A DNA stretch of 46,683 bases from Octopus bimaculoides (lineage: Eukaryota), in contig NC_068990.1 of NCBI RefSeq assembly GCF_001194135.2, positions 11,125,830-11,172,512 on the forward strand. The letters are read 5' to 3'. The stretch's first letter is position 1. The number at the start of each line of letters is the position of its first letter. Shown here one piece after another: positions 24,497 through 37,279 of this stretch. The notes beneath the pieces were generated by a model that saw only the letters and a list, made by a program, of their open reading frames with translations, was not told the origin of the DNA and did no database searches. Position numbers and translations under genes: made by a program.

Positions 24497-25770
24497 GAGG
24501 TACATGGCTTAATGGCCAGGGTATTGGGCTCAGGATTATAAGATTGTGGTTTCGATAAATAGACGAGGTGATGCATTGTATTATGAAGCAAAACACTTCC
24601 ATTTCATGTTGTTCCAGTCCACTTAGCTGCTAAGAATGATTAATCCTGCAACAGACCGTCGTCTTGGCCAGGGAGGAATATACACATCAGAAAAACCAGG
24701 GAACTAGCCCTGTGCTCCTTACAGATTAATGTGGACTAACCATAACCATCACAGTGTTTTGCTGTCAGGTAAATGTCTTCCACTAAAATTTTAAGCTGAG
24801 TCACACGTGAGAGTGAAGTCTCAAAGGTGGAAATCCTGCAGATGTTCATAAGGTAGACTGCACCAAGGACGGTTCTTAATCAGTTTAACTCAATAAACTA
24901 TTGGGTATGTTTAACAGTAATCTCTTGTTGGAAGCACAGAGGTCTATTATATGGCATGCAAACAACACATGGTTATTGTTACTCTTGTGCAGGCGCGTGG
25001 CCCAGTGGTTAGGGTATCCGGCTTACGATTGTAAAATCGTGAGTTCGATTGTTGTGTGTGTTGTGTCCTTGAGCAAGACACTTTACTCACATTCTTCCAG
25101 TCCACGCAGCTGGTAAAATAAGAGTATTACATGTATTTAAAGGGTCAGTCTTCTCCCATTCTGTATCACACTGAATCTCTATGAAAACTACGTGAATGGT
25201 ACACGTATCTCTTGGGTGCTCAGCCACTTGCACGTTAATTTCACGAGCAGGTTGTTATGTTCATTGGATCAAGTGGAACTCGCAACGCCGTAACGAACGG
25301 AGTACCAGTTATATACATATATATANNNNNNNNNNNNNNNNNNNNNNNNNNNNNNNNNNNNNNNNNNNNTATTTAACGTGTATACGTTCGCATACATATA
25401 CGTACATGTGCTTGTGAGAGTGTGTGTGTGCTTGTGTGTGTGTGTGCGGGTTTGTGGTTTAGTAGTTAGGTTATATTTGGCTTCCGATAGTCAGGTCGTG
25501 AGTTCGGTTACCGGATATGCATTGTATCCTTGAGCAAGACACTTTATTTCACGTTGCTTCAGTCCACTCAGCTGTCAAAAATGAATAATCAACTGTATTT
25601 CAAAGGGCCAGCCGTGTCACACTGTGGGTTATACTGAATCTCCCTGAGAACTACGTTAAGGGTACACGTGTCTGTGGAGTGCTCAGCCACTTGCACGTTA
25701 ATTTCCTGACCAGGCTGTTCCATGGATCGGACCAACTGGAACCCTCATCGTCGTAACCGAAGGAGAACCA
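24497..25770 (+). mobile_element. three family-B/C SINE copies (24497-24712, 24989-25308, 25446-25770)
   Basis: tRNA-like heads, CCTTGAGCAAGACACTTTA core and GCTCAGCCACTTGCACGTTAATTTC 3' body. Confidence 0.85.
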
Positions 25771-26135
25771 GTGTTCTTCTTTTATTTTTCTTATTTTCTG
25801 TCATAAGTTTGTAAATGAACTTCTTGCCTAATCCTTCAGATACCAGTGTAACTCACATCGAAAGCGATTTTGAAAAATTTGGGGACTGAATTTATTTTCT
25901 GTAAAGTAGTATGTATATATCCTGCTTTATAAACGTTTCTGATTACGTGAAATTATTAGTTACATCCTGAAATGGGAAATATTTAAAATTTCCTTTGTTT
26001 CTTTGAAATTATTAACAGCTAAAACAAGCTTAAAAGGAAAAAATTTCTCTGTCTGGTGCCCACAGACTTCACTTATATTGTAACCAAGTATATATCAATA
26101 TATGTCTGTGTGTGTGCATATGCGTGTGCATATAT

Positions 26136-26174
<39 letters not shown>

Positions 26175-26937
26175 ATTTAGAAATATTTCCAAACACATGA
26201 TGTGTATAATATATATATATATGCATACATATGTGTACCTATGTATATATAATTATATATATGTATATGCGTTTGTGTCTGTGTGTATATCTGCATTTAT
26301 GTATGGATTGCTACATATATATTCACACGATATTCATAGCTTTTTTATATGCTTTGCTCGTATGCTTAATATATACACATATCCATATATGTATGTGTAT
26401 GTGTTTGCACCAATATATGTATAAGTTTTAATACTGCAAATATATTACAAATTAAATCAGTATTTTTCATCCCCAAATCACTTATACGTGCTTTGATAAT
26501 GGTAAATTAATTGACGATTGAAGTTTTCCTTTATAACCTAATGGGTTACATTAATATATTACTATTTGTATTTATTTCTTTGTTTCAAAATTAAACAAAA
26601 GTTATGCGATGAGTAAATGTGAGAATTTAATCTAATTGGAAGCTTAAATTTATGTCTTCATTATGATTTCTCTAAAGCAATTTGAATGTACAGAGGTGTT
26701 GTTTCATTATTTACACTACTTTATATACACTTCTTGATTTTCTTTTTTAAATATACAAACAGCAGACATGCATACATGTGTGTGTGTGCGTGTGTATCAT
26801 CAGGGAATCATAAACCCGAAAAAGAAGTACTCTCTACGTTACAGAGTACATAAAGATAGATATGGCCTCTCTATGGGGGTTACCCTGGATTTCACATCCA
26901 TAAAGCGCTTAGACCGTATCTGTCTTAGGCATATCTA

Positions 26938-26940
<3 letters not shown>

Positions 26941-26998
<58 letters not shown>
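26941..26998. repeat. (CT)n microsatellite running into gap 26999-27249
   Basis: Directly visible. Confidence 0.95.
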
Positions 26999-27419
26999 NN
27001 NNNNNNNNNNNNNNNNNNNNNNNNNNNNNNNNNNNNNNNNNNNNNNNNNNNNNNNNNNNNNNNNNNNNNNNNNNNNNNNNNNNNNNNNNNNNNNNNNNNN
27101 NNNNNNNNNNNNNNNNNNNNNNNNNNNNNNNNNNNNNNNNNNNNNNNNNNNNNNNNNNNNNNNNNNNNNNNNNNNNNNNNNNNNNNNNNNNNNNNNNNNN
27201 NNNNNNNNNNNNNNNNNNNNNNNNNNNNNNNNNNNNNNNNNNNNNNNNNATATATAAATTGGCGTCAAAAAGAAGGGCATTTATATTTTAATCAATGTAG
27301 TTCTCCACACAACGTGGTTAGTTCTCCAAGCGTGCAACTACTTGATTATGCAATTGTTTCCCTGCTTTATGAGATCTAATCGTGTTTTCTACAGATAGAG
27401 AGTATCTTCTTGAAGCCTA

Positions 27420-27720
27420 CGATTTTGAACTCACAGAGACAATATTTACATATCGCCTGAGGAAACACAACTAGGTTTCATAATGAAAGGAAACTGCTGC
27501 ATAATCAAGTATCTACACGCCTGGAGAACTATGTTGCGTGGAAACAATTGCAGTGATTAAAAAGTACGTGTCCGACCGTACTGCTTCTTCTTGAGTTTAA
27601 TGTTTTCAATTATCTATTCACACACGACAGATGCCGAAATGCAAACCTCGAAGAACGTATAGTGGATAGCACAGGGTAAACCTGAAGGTGGACGAGCTTT
27701 ATACTGTACTCTGTCTGTGC
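27420..27720. promoter_or_regulatory. candidate (bidirectional) promoter: CpG-rich non-repeat patch with outward-facing splice donors
   Basis: About 10 CpG in 27520-27720; minus donor GTGAGT at 27433-27434 and plus donor GTAAAC at 27676-27677. CpG decay begins just downstream. Confidence 0.35.
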
Positions 27721-27850
27721 TTACCAACCACATGGTTCTGAGTTCAGTCCTACTGCGTGGCACCTTGGGCATGTATCTTCTACTATAAGCCTCGGGCCGG
27801 CCAAAACCTTGTGAGTGGATTTGGTAGGCGGAAACTGAAAGAAGCCTGTC

Positions 27851-27904
<54 letters not shown>

Positions 27905-28262
27905 GGAGAGAGAGAGAGAGAGAGAGAGTTACATGCATATGTGAGTGTTTATGTATATATGTGTGCATATATATGTGTGTATTAGTTTGGGTGCATGTAT
28001 ATATAGATGTATGTATTTATATATGTGTACATGTATAATTTTATATTTATATATATACATCTATATGTATACATCCATTTATATTCTTTTATTCTTTTAC
28101 TTGTTTCAGTCGTTTGACAGCAGCCATGCTGGAGCACCGACATATTCTTTGTGAGCCTTGTATTTATTTTATTGGTTTCTTTCACTGTACCACTAAGTTA
28201 CAGGGATATAAACATGCCAACATCGGTGGCAAGCGATGGTGGGGGGACAAACATACACACAA
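27718..28262. mobile_element. family-D SINE halves (5' half + 27718-27852; 3' half - 28085-28262) with microsatellites
   Basis: Blocks homologous to 26-426. Confidence 0.8.
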
Positions 28263-28270
28263 ACACATAC

Positions 28271-28320
<50 letters not shown>

Positions 28321-30164
28321 NNNNNNNNNNNNNNNNNNNNNNNNNNNNNNNNNNNNNNNNNNNNNNNNNNNNNNNNNNNNNNNNNNNNNNNNNNNNNNNN
28401 NNNNNNNNNNNNNNNNNNNNNNNNNNNNNNNNNNNNNNNNNNNNNNNNNNNNNNNNNNNNNNNNNNNNNNNNNNNNNNNNNNNNNNNNNNNNNNNNNNNN
28501 NNNNNNNNNNNNNNNNNNNNNNNNNNNNNNNNNNNNNNNNNNNNNNNNNNNNNNNNNNNNNNNNNNNNNNNNNNNNNNNNNNNNNNNNNNNNNNNNNNNN
28601 NNNNNNNNNNNNNNNNNNNNNNNNNNNNNNNNNNNNNNNNNNNNNNNNNNNNNNNNNNNNNNNNNNNNNNNNNNNNNNNNNNNNNNNNNNNNNNNNNNNN
28701 NNNNNNNNNNNNNNNNNNNNNNNNNNNNNNNNNNNNNNNNNNNNNNNNNNNNNNNNNNNNNNNNNNNNNNNNNNNNNNNNNNNNNNNNNNNNNNNNNNNN
28801 NNNNNNNNNNNNNNNNNNNNNNNNNNNNNNNNNNNNNNNNNNNNNNNNNNNNNNNNNNNNATATATATATACATACATACACAAAGATATATGTGAGATA
28901 TATATAGAGAGATACATAAAGAGAGATATATTCCTACATACATATATACATTTTCTCTAGTTAAACATTAATTAATTAATTATACTGACTGTTGACACAG
29001 TACTTTGTTCTGGGCAGCGAGTTGGATTTTGTCAGACAGAATGCCATGCATTATTCATTCCGGCTCTCTGCTCTCTGCAATATTTAAAAAATGTCCTTAT
29101 TTATGACAGTGAACTGTGATCTGAGAGAAATTTGGATGCAATTTCTCAAGTGACCACAACAATGTTAACATCTTTTTTTTGTTTTTTTGTTGTTATCATT
29201 GTTAAAATTGTTATTGCCACCATAAATGTTAGCTCTGACATGGCTAAATGGTTAAAATCACACTTCATAGTCATGATGTTCGTGTTTGATCCTACTAAGT
29301 TTTCTTTGTAAGATTGAGTAAATGGGAATCTTTATGGAAGCCTGTCAGATGGATTTTGGATGTAATTCAAAGAGCCAGCCTGGTTATTTACTCTGTCACA
29401 CACTGATACTATCTGAGAAGTGCATTAACAAAACACTTGACTGTTGAATGTTCAACCACCACTTAGCATTATAATTCAACGTATATGTAGCTTAGTTGAT
29501 AGAACAAGAGGAATAGTTATAACCTTGGAACAGTCATAGGATGCAGTTGCTCTCATTATTCTTGCCTCACTCATCAGAGATGTTTTTCTTGCTGATATTC
29601 ATTATTTATTGTAGTATACCATGTACCATGCCATCATATAGGAAGGCGACCACTTTCCTTATAATACTTTTACCGTCTTTTCTAACAAATCTTATTCACC
29701 TTGTTGAAAAATCACAAACAATTTGACTATAATTTTTCCTAAGAGGAAAGAATCTTACACTAAATGCTCCTCTTTTGTTACTAAATCCTTCACAAATCTA
29801 GTCATGCAATAAATACCCAATGCAGATAACCATTTGCCCAAAATTTATTGAGCTTTACTCTGCACATTTGTTACCTCCAGCTATCAATAATAATAACAAC
29901 AATAATAATAATATGTTTTCTAATAGAAATGATTCTAGAAATTTTGAAGGGAGAAGAATAATTGATTATATTATTGCCACTATTTTCCTGACTAAATGAA
30001 AAGTAAATTTAACCTCAGTGGTATTGGAACTCAAACTATAAAGAGCTGAAATGAAAATTGTAAAGCATTTTGTCGAATGTTCTAAAGATTTTGTCAAACC
30101 ATAACAAAGATCAATAATTTAAGCAGAATAAGATGGCAAACTGGGAGCATAGTCACCACAGAGA

Positions 30165-30350
30165 GTGAAATGCTTAGAAACTTTATGTCTATCTTTACAT
30201 TCTGAGTTCAAATTCCACCAGGGTTGATTTTGCCTTTCATCCCTTTGGGGGTCAAAAAAACAAGTACCAGTTGAACACTGGGATCAATGTAATTGCATTA
30301 GCCCCTACTCCAAAACTGCTGGCCTTGTCCCAAAATTTAAACAAATAATT
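30165..30350 (+). mobile_element. family-A SINE, CpG-depleted
   Basis: GGTTGATTTTGCCTTTCATCCCTTTGGGG core with CpG to TpG changes. Confidence 0.75.
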
Positions 30351-30689
30351 TCAACAGAATGGTACACATTTTTGGCAGTGTGGTATGGTTGAAAGAATCA
30401 ACATCAATGCATGATAGAAGTATATTTTCTAACTTGATGAGATTTATTTCTATGTGGTTCAGTTAGTCCCATAGCTTAGAGTGTGTGATTCTTGTGGCAG
30501 CCCTTGAGTTTGTTCTCCTTGCCCTGCCCTCTACACAGCCTTATTTAAACAGGAGACTCAACAGTGCCACTCCTATAAAAGAAATACCTGCCTTATCATC
30601 CACACCAAGCCATGGTACTCAGCTTTTCTTTGAGCTAAAGACTTTGTCCATGACTATTGCATACCCTCAAGACTGATAAGATCAAGAAC

Positions 30690-31440
30690 CTTTATTTTAT
30701 TCTCGTTTCAGTCATTGGTTGTCAGTCATGTTGGGTCACTGCCTTGAAATATTTTAGTCTAATGGATCTACCCCAGTACTTATTTTTTAAGCCTAATACT
30801 TAATCTATTATAGGTAATGGGTAGCGATTTTCTTCACTACTTCAGGGAGTGATGACCCTGCCTGACACGAGTCCTGGGCTCAGCTGGCTCCGGCTGACAG
30901 TACCCGGTATGGGCCCCTATCCAGGGTTACAGAAAGGAGACAACCTTCAAAGAAATCCGAAGTGGAGCCCTGTAGGCAGTTTAGTGTTTGACTCGACACT
31001 CTTCCGTAGCTCCTGCAGCCAAGCTGGTGTCAAACATAATGCTCTGCACTCCTTTGGACTACATCAGCAAGGTCAAGAGAGGAATCCTGACGATTGGGCT
31101 ACCCAGGATTTTCTTACATCTAGCCCAGGCCTGCGCAAAACTGGAGAGGGCATGAAATGTAAAAACCAGACCGGATTAGTTTATGTGCAACTCCATTGTC
31201 TCCTGATACAAAAGGATGCCAAAAACTTAATCTATTGGTTCGTTTTGCCAAACTCTTAAGTTACAGAGATATAAACACATCAACGCCAATTGCCATGCAG
31301 TGGTGAAGGAGAAACACAGTCTTATGTACATGGTGGGTTTCTTTCAGTTTCTGTCTACCAAAACCAAATTCCACTCACAAAGCTTTTTCTAGGCTCAATG
31401 CTATAGTAGAAAACCCTTGCTCAAGGTTCCACACAATGGT
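30690..31440 (-). mobile_element. family-D SINE split by a 415-bp insertion
   Basis: 3' part 30690-30809 and 5' part 31225-31440 join seamlessly across TSD ACTTAATCTATT. Confidence 0.75.
30810..31224 (+). mobile_element. RTE-like 5'-UTR-only insertion with 12-bp TSD
   Basis: TSD ACTTAATCTATT at 30798-30809 and 31225-31236. GCTCCTGCAGCCAAGCTGGTG...TCCTTTGGAC...CCCAGGA resembles RTE 5' UTRs (from memory). Confidence 0.65.
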
Positions 31441-31703
31441 AAAAAAAAAGACAAGCAGCTGGGGTTGGATTTTCAGAGGGAAGATGTTCAAAGGATGAAG
31501 GACTTGGTGAAGTGCTTAGTAAAGAGCCTGGATAGGGGTAGACACATTATAGTTGATAAAAGGAAGAGAAATAAGTTGTGAGAGCCTGAGTGAAAGTGGA
31601 ATGAGAAGAGATTGCTATAGCAGAAAGTAATAAAAAGGTAAAGAGAGAAAAAATAAATTTGAGACTGGAGTAAACTGGAGCAACACAGGTAGTTAAACAT
31701 TGG

Positions 31704-31915
31704 TTAAAAATGTTGGCATAGTCCCAGCAATTTAGGGGGTCAGGTAAGTCGAATACATTAACCCTAGTACACAACTGATACTTATTTCATCAACCCTGGA
31801 GGGACGAAAGACAAAGTTAACCCTGGTAGAATTTGAACTCAGAATGTAAAAATGGACGAAATGCTACTAAGCATCTTGTCTAGCATAGTAACAATTCTGT
31901 CAGCTTGTTAACTTA
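31704..31915 (-). mobile_element. family-A SINE, CpG-depleted
   Basis: Core and head recognisable with many transitions. Confidence 0.75.
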
Positions 31916-33019
31916 AAGGCAGTTAAATATTGCAAATACATTTTGCTATTACTATAACACAGAATCCAGTCAATGATTAAGCTACACAACATCACTCAGA
32001 CTGTTAGAAATAGCTACTAATCCTGCTCCATATCACATTCATCTGTACTAAACTCAGATAAGGCATACAGGGAAGTATGGTCTGAGATACACTATTTTTG
32101 GAAGCAGAAAAAACACAAACAAATAAAGAATATTGAAATGAAATGACCATATTTGAAATGCTTTTGATTATAGGTCTACATGAAGAAAATTGACCTGGGG
32201 TTAAGCAACAACAACAACAAAACTAATAAAACTATTATCAATAGAACTTTAATTTAAATGGGAAATTTAATTTGTTTCATTCACGGTAACTCTTTCATTC
32301 CTTCATTTGGAATATTTAAGATGAAGATATTAAAAATATTAATTAAACTTGTTTTATTTTTTGAAAAGAGAAGAAACCTTTTAAAAGTTCATTAGACTTC
32401 TTTCTATTTTCCTCTTCTATCTAAATTCCAAATCTTGTATGCTACACTTAATATTTTACAACTTAAAAATCTTTAGTTTAGCAGAGAGGTATTCATATGT
32501 GTGGTTTGTAGACTGCATGTGTATTTATGTATGTGAAGATTTATACACATTCTCTCTCCCTCTCACTCACTCTCATGCATACATACACATATAACCACAC
32601 ATAATCATACAGATCTAAGACCAATTCTTCTAAACATTTTCTAGTTCATTGCTTCTATGCCTCTTCACCTCCTCTCCAGTTCCTCTTACTGCATTCTTTG
32701 GAACATACAAATTTGCTGCACACCAGTACAGATAATGTTTTCATTAATATGAGAGCATAAATGGTAATGAAACATAATAAATTACAGTCAACTAACTCAA
32801 TCCTTGTAGGATTTGAACTCGCTGCTATATAGACATACAAGATTAATTTTTGCTGGTTTCTGCTGAATTCAATTTTTTGATAATACCTATGATCACACAA
32901 TAATTTTTAAATGCTAGTAATAAACCCCACCACCACCACCACCACCACATCATTGCCTAGCATAGAAGCAGATTAATGATTGAAGCAAGTAAAAGATAAG
33001 GGTCAATATATCTATATAT

Positions 33020-33020
<1 letters not shown>

Positions 33021-33052
<32 letters not shown>

Positions 33053-34107
33053 GTTTAATGTCCGCTTTCCATGCTAGCATGGGTTGGACGATTTGAATGA
33101 AGACTGGCAAACCAGATGGCTGCACCAGGCTCCAATCTGATCTGGCAGAGTTTCTACAGCTGGATGCCCTTCCTAATGCCAACCACTCCGAGAGCGTAGT
33201 GGGTGCTTTTACATGCCACTGGCACATGGGCCGACCAGGCTCAAGTGATGTTTTTCATGTGCCACCTGCACAGGAACCAGTCCAGCGGCACTGGCAACAA
33301 CCTCGCTTGAATACTTTTTGACATGTCACTGGCACGAGTGCCAGTAAGGCAACACTGGTAACGATCACGTTTGAATGGTGCTTTTTACATGCCACCGGCC
33401 CGGAAGCCACTCAGCTGTTCTGGCAGTGATCATGCTCAGATGGTGCTGTTAGCACTCCACTGGCATGGGTGAATTTGCAAATTTGATTTGATTTCGATTT
33501 CACTTGCCTCAACAGGTCTTCGCAAACAGAGTTTAGTGTCCAATGAAGGAAAGGAACACATAAATGGGCTGGTTACACTCCTTGCATAGGCCATGGGTTA
33601 TGGTCTCACTTGGCTTGCCGGGTCTTCTCACGCACTGCATATTTCCAAAGGTCTTGATCACTAGTCATTGCTTCGGTGAGACCTAATGTTCGAAGGTCGT
33701 GCTTCACAACCTCATCCCAGATCTTCCTGGGTCTACCTCTTCCACAGATTCCCTCAACCACTAGGATGTGGCACTTTTTCACACAGCTATCCTCATCCAT
33801 TCTCGACACATGACCATACCAGCACAGTCGTCTTTCTTGCACACCACATCTGATGCTTCTTTAGGTCCAACTTTTCTCTCAAAGTACTTACACTCTGTCG
33901 AGTATGGACACTGACATTACACATCCATCGGAGCATACTGGCTTCATTCCATGTGAGTTTATGCATGTCCTCATCAGTCACAGCCCATGTTTCACTGCCA
34001 TGTAGCATGACTGATGGTACATATGCATCATACAGTCTACCTTTTACTCTGAACGATATGCCCTTTGTCACCAGCAGAGGTAAGAGCTCTCTGAACTTTG
34101 CCCAGGC
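33021..34107 (-). mobile_element. RTE-clade LINE, 5'-truncated (RT C-terminus, 3' UTR, (TGA)n tail)
   Basis: AWAKFRELLPLL...KGRLYDAYV...LHGSETW...RRLCWYGHVSRM...GRGRPRKIWDEVV; 3' UTR GGCATTAGGAAGGGCATCCAGCTGTAGAAA; tail at 33021-33052. Confidence 0.92.
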
Positions 34108-35039
34108 ACAATGCATTCACTGTGTGAAATTTGAACCTGTCAACCATAATTTAGCAATAGAATACCTTATTGCTAAACATTACATATATTATATATAAAT
34201 GCAGTATTATCTTGTCAGATGTTACCGAAGTATAGCTGCATATTGTCTCTCATAGTGTGAAAATTATCATTGAAATCCCTCACAGGAAGAAATGGGAAAT
34301 TTATGAATAGTAGATGAAGAATTAAGTGAATAACAGCAAACGTTAGGCATCTTTTTTTTTTTTTTCTTTTTCATAGAAATATTCCTTTAAAACAGAAGCA
34401 ATTTATTTGTTGAATTCTCATCTAGCAAATATTAAAATATGAAAGACTTTGGAAATTTCCTTGAAAATTAGAAAATTAAATATAAGAGAATAAATATAAT
34501 AAAAATACATGGAAATAAAAATAAAACAAATCAAAAATGAAGCAGTTTAAAATTTACAAAAATGGTTACTGCTTTTAAGATCTTTATTAAATATTTTGTT
34601 AACTGTCAGTTAATGAAATCTTAAGTTAGTAATAAACAGATAGCATAATAACAGTTAAAAAGATTAGTATTCCATCATTTCCATTTCATCTGCAAACAGT
34701 AATAATTGCACTGTCTTCGAATAGAATATGTTAATGTGGTTATGGTATGTATTGGATTATTCATTTGAAAGGGTAGGAATAAATATGATATGTGCATTGG
34801 AATTATTTAAAACTTCAAGGTCTGACATATTATCAATACAGGGAACAATTAAAACTAAAATTGCAACAAATCTGAACTCTTATTAGATTTGAGAAAATAC
34901 TGATGGCCTTCATAGTGAAAAAGATATTGTTGACGTGAATAAATTATAATAAATTTTATGCTGTGAACAAACAAGAATCCTGACAAGAATAGGAAACTAG
35001 TATCTCTCATCAATGTAGGCTACCATACACATATTACCA

Positions 35040-35830
35040 TCATCATCATCTTCGTCATAATCATGACTATGACCATCACCACCAATTTTGTCTCTCAACC
35101 ATTTTTCCACACCTCTCATCTTCCTAGCACCCATCCTGACATCATTCATCTAACAATGGAGCTATTCAATTGCTGTAAGCATACAGCGACAGAATCTGCA
35201 TATATTTCATATTTTTCGTGTCTCTACGCACCTCCCAGTCTCCCTGAGACCACTTCCTTTTAACATCCATCACTCATTCTCAATATCACTCCCTTTATGC
35301 TCCACAGATCATTCCTTTCAGCATTGTCAATTATCTCCCCCTCCCTTCTAAGTTACGTCTTCAGTTTACCATTCTTCATCTTTAAACCCTCTCCTATCTA
35401 CTTTCACTTTCAACACCCTCTCATATCTGCCATCAGAAGACGACCCCTCCTCTTTCTCCCACTCACTGTAACCACCACAACTTACCTCTGACCTCCATCT
35501 TTGTCCTTGTATTCATTCTCTCTCTCTTCCCACTCTCCCATCCTGCACATCATCTTCCTTATTTCCTGATAAACCTAGAGGTTTCATTTACAACAGCTCT
35601 CCACCTTTTTGGTCCAGCCACTCATCACTTTCTCTTTCCTGAGCTTTTTCTTTTACCTTCCTCCATAATATTTACCTTCAGCCACACATCCAACTTCATA
35701 TGTCATTCATTACATTCATTTCTGTCCCCATCTCTTACCATTCTCCTCTCACTCTAATCCACTCAACCAATTATCCCTCCCGACCCTTCATCCATATTCT
35801 CTCTTATACTCAACTTCTTGTGCCTTGAAT
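35040..35830 (-). mobile_element. ancient LINE RT fragment
   Basis: Purine-rich minus strand with LLMADM and RRGLKMKNGKLK, resembling LLFADD and GLKVNVGKSK. Confidence 0.45.
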
Positions 35831-35859
35831 GTACACTCTGACATCATACTTTTTTCTAC

Positions 35860-36280
35860 TCTAGGCACAAGGCCCAAAATTTTTGGTGAGGAGGCCAGTT
35901 AATTAGATCAACTCCAGTACACAACTGGTACTTAATTTATCGACCCTGAAAGGAAGAAAGACAAAGTCGACCTTGGCGGAATTTGAACTCAGAATGTAAA
36001 GACAGATGAAATACTGCTAAGCATTTCGCCCAGCGTGCTAATGTTTCTTATTTCTTTATTGCTCACAAGGGGCTAAACATAGAGGGGACAAACAAGGACA
36101 GAAAAAAGGATTAAGTCGATTACATCGACCCCAGTGCGTAACTGGTACTTAATTTATCGACCCCAAAAGGATGTTTGGCACAAGGCTATAGTAGAAAACA
36201 CTTGCCCAAGGTGCCATGCAGTGAAACTGAACCTGGAACCATGTGGTTTGGAAGCAAGCTTCTTACCACACAGCCACACC
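35860..36280 (-). mobile_element. family-A SINE dimer (35860-36170) abutting a family-D SINE head (36172-36280)
   Basis: Same tail-to-head junction as at 18900; CpG-depleted. Confidence 0.8.
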
Positions 36281-36732
36281 AATGAAAATATAAATTATGT
36301 TTCATTTCTCCTCACACCCTTGCATCTGTGCTGTAAAGAATTTAAGCTAAATCACAGGCTCTTTAAGTCAGAGCTTTCATTGTTGAAACAGGTTATTGTA
36401 TTTCAAACATTCACTTTCCTCTAATGCATAATGCAGTGAAATTAGTTGTGAAAATGATTTGCTAAGTTTACAGTTTAGTTTTGCTTCACCAGACACATTA
36501 GTTAAGATAATAGACCTTAGCTGTCTGATTTACTAACCACATCGACAAAGTAATTTTTGACTGAATTAGAAATTAATGATTTGTTTTTATTTCTAATAGT
36601 TTCTCAATTTAGAAACTTAAGAGACATATATGAATGGAACATTAAATATCATTGTATCCAATTTTGATGTCTTTTCAGTCTGCAGAACCAAGTTTGGTCT
36701 GATTCTCAGCGACCCAGCTAGAATTGATTGCC

Positions 36733-36790
36733 ATGTCCAAATCAATGTGCATGCTGCCACAATATAATTTGCCAGTGTTGGATTTAACAT
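36733..36790 (+). CDS. candidate start exon MSKSMCMLPQYNLPVLDLT (exon 36679-36790)
   Basis: Acceptor gatgtcttttcAG at 36677-36678, GCCATG start, and consensus GTAAGT donor at 36791 in phase 1. Confidence 0.4.
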
Positions 36791-36825
36791 GTAAGTAAAG
36801 CTGTATTTGCTTCTAACACTGTCAG

Positions 36826-36887
36826 GCCATATTCCCAATATACCAGGAATATCCGATTTGACACTCAGCTGAATCACCATTATAAAA
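36826..36887 (+). CDS. alternative candidate exon PYSQYTRNIRFDTQLNHHYK
   Basis: Acceptor ttctaacactgtcAG with a CTAAC branch-like motif; donor GTAATG at 36888. Phase 2 in, phase 1 out. Confidence 0.35.
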
Positions 36888-37066
36888 GTAATGGGGAAAC
36901 CCTTAGTTAAAACCAGGTCGGACTCATATAAATCAGCCAATCAGAGAATAAAGATTTTGTCATCACTGCAGTATTAGCTTGTTCATAAATGTATGATCAG
37001 AAATAACGTGTCTGGAATTATTTCTCTGATTTATTTTGACCGTGAAGTGAATCTCCTTACAATCAG

Positions 37067-37279
37067 ACACATCTGGCAGGGAAAGGACGTATACACCTGC
37101 AGGAATTAAATACTCTTATGGAGATGAACTGAAATTTGATCCAATGTATACTGATGATAATTTAGAATCATTTGACAAGTATGGAAGGTTTGAAATTCAA
37201 GATCAAGTAGGAAGTGATGTTTATATTTCACATACTGAAACTGAAAGGAATGCAACAGGAAAATTTATAAGGAAGACTG
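37067..37279 (+). CDS. coding exon of an unidentified protein: TSGRERTYTPAGIKYSYGDELKFDPMYTDDNLESFDKYGRFEIQDQVGSDVYISHTETERNATGKFIRKT
   Basis: 213 nt (71 codons), phase 1-1, acceptor ctccttacaatcAG and donor GTATAG. Natural amino-acid composition, no repeat similarity, lies in the CpG-depleted domain. Confidence 0.7.

Noticed and set aside
36617-36940. 107-aa minus ORF
   Set aside because: TTG start directly after a stop, no splice support, overlaps stronger plus-strand splice signals, and its length is within chance.
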